A DNA stretch of 64,000 bases from Octopus vulgaris. Lineage: Eukaryota. Location of the stretch: the NCBI GenBank assembly GCA_951406725.2, contig OX597818.1, forward strand, positions 68,138,001-68,202,000. The letters run 5' to 3'. Positions 57,202-64,000 of this stretch are shown here, one piece after another. Every line of letters starts with the position of its first letter. Within the stretch, counting starts at the first letter, position 1. Position numbers and translations under genes: made by a program. The notes under the pieces are model-generated. The model worked only from the letters and a program-made list of their open reading frames with translations. It had not been told where the DNA came from and did not search any database.

Positions 57202-57779
57202 TATATATGTATATATATATATATATGAGTGTGTGTGTGTTGTTTGTACGTATGTATGTATGTATGTATGTAAATATGTATGCGTGTGTGTTGCCTATAT
57301 TTGTGTGTATATCTATATAGAACATAATACAGGTGCAGGCGTTTCTGTGTGTTTAGGCAACAAAATGGGTAAGTGTCTTCTTTATGGCTCCAGAATAACC
57401 AAAGATGAGTGGATTTGGTAGACGGAAGCTGAATGAAGTCTGTCAAGTGTATATGTGTATGTGTGTGTGGGTATAAATAGACACACATGTATGTGTGCAT
57501 TTTCCTTCTTTTGTTTTATATGTATTTTTTTGCATTACAACTCACCACGAGGGGATAATCGAAATTCGTCCCTTTGTGTTACTATATATATATCCACGCC
57601 GCACACACTAGCACTGACCACTTCCCAGCACCCACACCATCATCCACACACCTACACATGCACACACGCACTCGTCAAGGTCACCAGCCCCTATCCACAC
57701 GCACATACACGCTCTCACATACAACCGCACGCGCACCTTCGTTTTGGGATCACCACTATTTTTTTATCTCCCCTTCTTC

Positions 57780-58182
57780 CTAGCTCTCCTGTCTGACCAC
57801 TTCTGTCCGGCATTTACCATGATTGATCGCAAGCCCCTAAGCTTATTTTTATTTTCTCTCTGTGTGTATTTCTATGTTCCTATCAATTGAAGAGCGTAGG
57901 CTCGAAACGTAAAAGACTTTCTCACTTCGCGAGCGTTAAACTAAGACATTTGTTTGTTGTTTACACACCTGACTTCGTCTTTGTTTTTGTAAATTCCAAT
58001 TATATACATACATACATATATTTTTTTCTCTCCTTGTTTCTTTCTGTGTTCCTTTCTGTGGAAGAGCGTAGGCTCGAAACGTAAAAGACTTTTTCAATTC
58101 ATGGGTGTTATACGAATACAACTGTTTTCTACACCACCAGTCTTCGTCTTTTGTTTTTTTTCTCGTCAATTCTCCCCCCATA
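57780..58182 (+). mobile_element. Tandem Penelope-like pLTR units with two HHR motifs (57880-57915, 58052-58087)
   Basis: gaagagcgtaggctcgaaacgtaaaagac occurs twice, 172 nt apart; second copy CUUU-CUGUGGA-A-GAGC/GCUC-GAAAC-GUA-AAAG; same family as 10635. Confidence 0.8.
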
Positions 58183-58220
58183 CCTATCTATCTATCTATC
58201 TATCTATCTATATCTATCTA

Positions 58221-58290
<70 letters not shown>

Positions 58291-58491
58291 TGTCTATACA
58301 CATACGAACGCACACTCAACCATCTAGCCCGTATCAATGCCTGTGACTGACTGCATAAATGCAATTTCTCCAGATTAAACCGATCACCTGCCAGCTTGCT
58401 CCACCTGTCAATGTGAATGGATGGACGCTCCATGTTCCCACTTGATAGTCTCCTTCTATTAGTTGCAATAATAATACTGGTAAATAATAAT

Positions 58492-58708
58492 GGTTTCTAA
58501 TTCTGGCACAAGGCCAGCAATTTTGGGGAACGGTGTAAATCGATTACATCGACCCGAGCGTTACAACTGGTACTTATTTTATTGAGCTCCAGAAGGATGA
58601 AAAACAAAGTCGACTACAGTGGAATTTGAACTCAGAACGTAAAAACGGAGGAAATGTTGCTAAGCATTTTCCACAGCATCCTAATGCTTCTGCTTGCTCT
58701 CTGCCTTC
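58492..58708 (-). mobile_element. SINE (6118 family)
   Basis: ggaatttgaactcagaacgtaaa is the reverse complement of the B-box region. Confidence 0.82.
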
Positions 58709-59087
<379 letters not shown>

Positions 59088-59947
59088 AGAGGAGCAGCTG
59101 TGAAGAATGCAAATGACGATTTTCCGAAATCTAGCTTGAGCTAAAGAGATTGTTTGTCATGATGATCTGCCAGGTTTTGTGTGGCTGATGAAAAGATAAA
59201 TGATATTCCACTCCACAGCAGAACAATATTTAAAATCCTTGTAGACTTTAGACAGAGATATTATTGCTTTCGCAGAATTCTAATGGACGTTTAGGAACCA
59301 GCGAGGAGATGGTTGCGTTGGCATTCTATCTGGAGAGAGTTGTAATGAAGTAAACTCCTGGACGTATGAGCTTGTTAAACATTGAATAATGGAAAGTAAA
59401 ATATCTCAGAATATATGACCAAACCAGGAGAATAGGAAAAAGGGAGAGAGTTGGCGGGGGGGGCAGATATAACGTGATAATGGCACAAGGAAGAACACCT
59501 TGCTTTCTTATATAGATTTATAATTCTCTTTAAATACTTAAATATTTGACTTATTGTTAATGCAATAATCATATTCTACAGGTTTGCGAAGGTTGATGAC
59601 TTAGTGGTTAGAGTGTTCGACTTAAGATCATACGTTACAGAGGTGGGGGGTGCTTAGCAGTGGAAAGTGAAATTGCAATGGTTTTATCAGTCCGAATATA
59701 CATGAGGCACGTTCGAACTGGGGCAAAAGTTACTCACAGAGTTTTGTCACGCAGAATATAACCCGATTGTTGATACATGGTGTGTATACACCTAGATCTG
59801 CTCTCAGCGCCACCTACCCAGACTGTGAGATGCTAACATTTTGGAATGTTCAATTCTATATTTAAAAGATGAGGAATTATGTACATTATTTACATTATTT
59901 ACTTTATTTACATTTGACGGATATTTGTCCTCATCTTGTTTGTTGTT

Positions 59948-59993
59948 AACACAACATTTCAGCTGATATACCCTCCAGCCTTCATCAGGTGTC
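59948..59993 (-). ncRNA. Minimal hammerhead motif, mirror copy
   Basis: GACAC-CUGAUGA-A-GGCUG...CAGCU-GAAAU-GUU-GUGUU; core intact, two CpG-type changes give G-U pairs. Confidence 0.8.
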
Positions 59994-60037
59994 TTGAGGA
60001 AATACGAACCTGGGTTCTCATTTCTAAGGTATTTTTC

Positions 60038-60112
<75 letters not shown>

Positions 60113-60292
60113 CTCACTGCCTGGAATCGAATTGGAATCTTGGGGTTAGTAACCCTTGGGCATATGGCATAGTGGTTAAAAGCGCGCGCTACTAACCCCA
60201 AGATTTCAAGTTCGATTCCAGGCAGTGAGCTGAATAACAACAACGACAACAACAATAATAATAATAACAATAATAACAACAACAACAACAGC

Positions 60293-60341
<49 letters not shown>

Positions 60342-60396
60342 TTGAAACATTGAAAAATACGTTAGGAATGAGAACCCAGGTTTGAAATTTCCCCAA

Positions 60397-60442
60397 GACA
60401 CCTGATGAAGGCTGGAAGTTATATCAGCCGAAGCGTTGTGTC
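60397..60442 (+). ncRNA. Minimal hammerhead motif (A15.1 to G in this copy)
   Basis: GACAC-CUGAUGA-A-GGCUG...CAGCC-GAAGC-GUU-GUGUC; perfect 5-bp stems I and II; the mirror copy keeps GAAA. Confidence 0.8.
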
Positions 60443-61065
60443 AACAACAAACAAGATGAGGACAAATATCTATGAAATGTAAATAATGTAAATAATGTAT
60501 ATTTTGGAGTTTGTTGTCTCCTCTTCAGTGACAGACACTAGGCCGAAGACGAAATGGCTACTCCGAAATGCTAGCATCTCACAGTGTGGGTAGATGTTGC
60601 TGCGAGCTGATCAAGGTGTATACACACCATGTGTCAACAAGAAGGATATTTCGTGTGTGACATAAACGTAGTGAGTGTCTTGCTCCCCAGGCTCGATTGT
60701 GCCCCAAGCATATTCAGACTGATAATAACATTGTAAGATCATAAGGTCGGAGTTTCAATTTTTGGTCCAGGCGGCACATTGTGTCTTTGACTGAATCACT
60801 GTAGTTCAGTTTCATGCTCTCGTAGCCAAATCATCTGTAATGAATAGCAGCCGCCTTTTCATGCAGCCCCACATTTTTGTGTAGCCCCTCCTTTCCTTCT
60901 GTCTCTAACTGTCGACCCTTGAATGTTCTGCTGGGTGAAAAGTAAAAGCATTGAGAGCAAATTTTTGTCTGTTTTCCTAAAAAGCATTTCACTACGTAAG
61001 AATGCTACAAGCTATAATTGCTTGAGCATGACACTTCATTTTCTGTTGCTCATGTCATGTGACAG

Positions 61066-61365
61066 CCCGTGGTTTAGTGGTTAGGGTACTTAGCTCAGAG
61101 TAATATGGTCAAGAGATCGATTCCTGGTGGTGCATTTTGTTCTTGAACAAGACACTTTACCTCTTGTTGCTCCAGTTCACCCATCTGGCAAAATTGTGTT
61201 GTACCTGTAAATTCAAAAAGCGTACCTTGTCTCATTTTGTGTCACACTGAATCTCCCTGAAATCTACATTGTAGGTATGTGTGTCTGTGGTCTACTCAGC
61301 CAGCTGCGTGTCAGTTTCGAGACCAGGTTGTTCGTTGACTGAATCAATTGAAAATATTTGTCCTC
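61066..61365 (+). mobile_element. tRNA-derived SINE (43671 family), old
   Basis: cgtggtttagtggttagg...gatcgattcc...ttgctccagttcacc. Confidence 0.75.
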
Positions 61366-61667
61366 GTATCCAACATAGTACAGCTTGCTGCCCCAGTCAA
61401 CACAAGCAATCAGAAAACCAGCCAGATTTTGGGACAGCCCCATCTCTTGCCAGCAGACACAACTTCAATATTTTACTGAACCAAGAATAGAAGAGCCAAG
61501 AGGACATCTATACCTTCTTGCAATGACATGGACACCTACAATCAATTGGTAACTATAAGTGTGGTTCATCTTACCTAACCATACTCACTCAGTACTTATA
61601 GCTAGCTGTACAGTATGTAGATTAATGATTAATCTCATTCACAAATTGATATGTTTTTTTTCTGAAG

Positions 61668-61726
<59 letters not shown>

Positions 61727-62019
61727 TATCATCCTTCTCATCATCGTTATCATTTAATATGTTTTATGTTGGCACAGGTCGACAGAATCTGATGGATTCA
61801 AGGACTGCATCACATTCCAAGGTGTACTTTGGCAAGGTTTCCACACCTGGATGCACTTGCTAATTACCATGCAATAGATGCATTTTCTATGCCACCAGCA
61901 CCAGAAAACTTGAAAGACTATGAATCTCAAAGAAAGAAGCTTTATGCTTGGATGGTAAATGTATGAGATAATGAGCCAAAGCAGAGCACAGAACCACTGC
62001 TACACCTTTATGTTTAAAA

Positions 62020-62150
62020 TATTCATTTCCACCTACCAAATCCATTCACAAGGATTTGCTCAGCCTGGGGCTATAGTAAAAGATAATTGCCCAAGTGCCA
62101 TATAGTGGGACTGAACCCAGAACCATGTGGTTAGGAAGCAAACCTTTCCA
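62020..62150 (-). mobile_element. SINE 5' half
   Basis: tttccacctaccaaatccattcacaagg...agtgggactgaacccagaaccatgtggtt. Confidence 0.8.
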
Positions 62151-63756
62151 ACGATGTGATTAAATCTAGGAAACTTTTTATAGACTATCTAAAGCTTCAG
62201 AATGCTTTCCTAGCCTGTATTACCAGAATGACTTTGTGAGGTCATTGTTGTTTAGTTTGAGGTGAAACCCTATTTTAGTGGACTTAGAATAAAATCTCAC
62301 ACCAGCCATGATGTCTTTTTTACTGATAATGCAAGCTTACAATTCCTGATATTTTTTCTCCCTTATTTAAGCCAATAAGATATAATTTGAGGGAGATATA
62401 GCTGCTGCTTCTAGCAGATTGAACGACCATGAAGAGGATTCCTCAAGGCCACATCATTCTTTTGTATTTGTTTTCTGTTTTTGATTAGCAACAAAATTTT
62501 TATGTTTGGTGGGGGAGGCATGAAAGGAAGCGGTTTCTCCTCATTAATATATTCCTCAAGATGATAATAAGTCGAAGGTCATATCGTAAGAGAGAGAAAT
62601 GCAGTGAAATAGTCACAAAGCAAGATTTGTAGGCTGTTTGTTAGTCTCAGCATGCCAGGAACTTAATTGTTTGCTGTATAACATTTGCCATATTTAGCTT
62701 GAATTTGTGTCTGTTAGAAACTAGAGTTAGCAGAAAGAAACATCAGAAAAGAGATTGAAAATAGCTCTCAAGAGAGGCAGCAGTTCTAAAAACGAAAATA
62801 TTGTGTAGAAGAAGTGTGATGAGATGAGAAGATGTGTTTTGTCTTGTTCACGTCTAACAGTCCCCAGAGTAAAATAATAGCACTTGCCTTCATCTAACAA
62901 GAAATAAATTGTTGCTTCTATGGATAAATCAATTGTTTACTTCTTAGATAGATTCCTAGTTTGGGTTTGGTAATTGATATCTCAGCTAATGTGCTCTCTA
63001 ATTCTGTCAGTTCAAAATTTACTTAAGTTAACTTAATTAGCATATTTTTTTTATTATGTTATGAGTTGTAATGCGGCCAAAGGTAATTTGTAGCCACCAT
63101 CAAAACAACCTCTTACACTGGATCAGAGTCTATTTTCCCGAATAGTTTTAAAAATGGTATTATGGCGGAGGAATTCTGTAAGCTGGAAGAAGTTGGAATA
63201 ATTCATACACATGAATAAACATTCCTGCTTGCCTCTAACTTTCTGTATTTAATGAAAAGAATATCTTAATTGATAGCCAAACGAGTGCTTTTATCCGACA
63301 ATGGTTGTGAACAATACTTCACTCTCCCCCACTTTCCTAAAACAGTTCAGTTTACACAATATCACTAAATGAGTTCAATTAGAAACGAGACTAATATTAA
63401 AATTACGGCTATAATATATGCAAATTGATTTGTCAAAAATATAAAATATAAATTACTCACTTTGTTCGTCAGCATAGTTTAATTTATATTGGTCAATAAA
63501 GTTAGCACAGCAGAAAGTCTATTCAATCATGCAATTTTCAATATTGTTTGAGATTAGCAACATCAAACAACTGTGGCTAGAGTCTGTTAAATCTTCTGGC
63601 AACATTTTGTTCAATACATTTTAAATATTCGACAAGAATGGACCATTTATTATAAACAATCAGGAATTTTCATACGAATACACCAACGATATTAGTCAGT
63701 GTGACTAGAACAAACCATCTTTAACCATATTTATGTATAGGAGCCAAGAAAAAGAA

Positions 63757-63793
63757 CAATAACATAATGATAACAATAATAATAATAATAATG

Positions 63794-63883
<90 letters not shown>

Positions 63884-63895
63884 GCAACAATAATA
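63757..63895. repeat. (AAT)n/(AAC)n microsatellite
   Basis: Direct reading. Confidence 0.95.
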
Positions 63896-64000
63896 AAAAA
63901 AAATGGAGGAAAAAATGTCGTCTGAAACCATTGATTTCAATGCAGTCGAACTAATAAAGCATTTCATATGAAATGGTAAAAGAAAGCAAAGTTTTCTTTT

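Larger units (their letters stand above)
59846..60500. mobile_element. Inner fold-back element: tRNA-like head, (AAC/AAT)n, hammerhead, tail (TSD attttgga)
   Basis: A box TGGCATAGTGG 60165-60175, B box GTTCGATTCC 60210-60219; HHR 60397-60442 (+) and 59948-59993 (-); TSD at 59838-59845 and 60501-60508. Confidence 0.88.
59633..60733. mobile_element. Outer fold-back HHR element inserted into a SINE head (TSD taagatcata)
   Basis: Arms 59676-59845/60561-60733; TSD at 59623-59632 and 60734-60743; HHR motifs on both strands (CUGAAGA-GGAG/CUCC; GAAAU-GCUAGC-AUC). Confidence 0.85.

Noticed and set aside
60158-60232. Functional tRNA gene
   Set aside because: Acceptor and anticodon stems do not pair properly, no oligo-T terminator; it is a SINE head

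Overview
Repeat-dense, AT-rich eukaryotic DNA, very probably a coleoid cephalopod (Octopus), judged from its tRNA-derived SINEs and heavy microsatellite load. No host protein-coding exon can be supported. Nearly all listed ORFs are microsatellite read-throughs. The real coding signal is transposon-derived: a 5'-truncated Neptune-type Penelope-like element (PLE) with an open Zn-linker/GIY-YIG frame (9011-9774), decayed PLE RT/EN pieces, several R4/Dong-like LINE remnants, an L1/Tx1-like ORF1, an RTE tail, mariner and hAT remnants, two non-autonomous Helitrons and a TTAA MITE. The most interesting signal is about 14 minimal hammerhead-ribozyme (HHR) motifs from several sequence families, most in short fold-back or tandem elements, many next to (TA)n. 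They include a tRNA-headed HHR element, a 314-nt retrozyme-like unit with a U3-A8 covariant core, and three fold-backs whose inversion junction lies within about 3 nt of the predicted self-cleavage site. All folds and family assignments were made by eye; ribozyme activity is untested.
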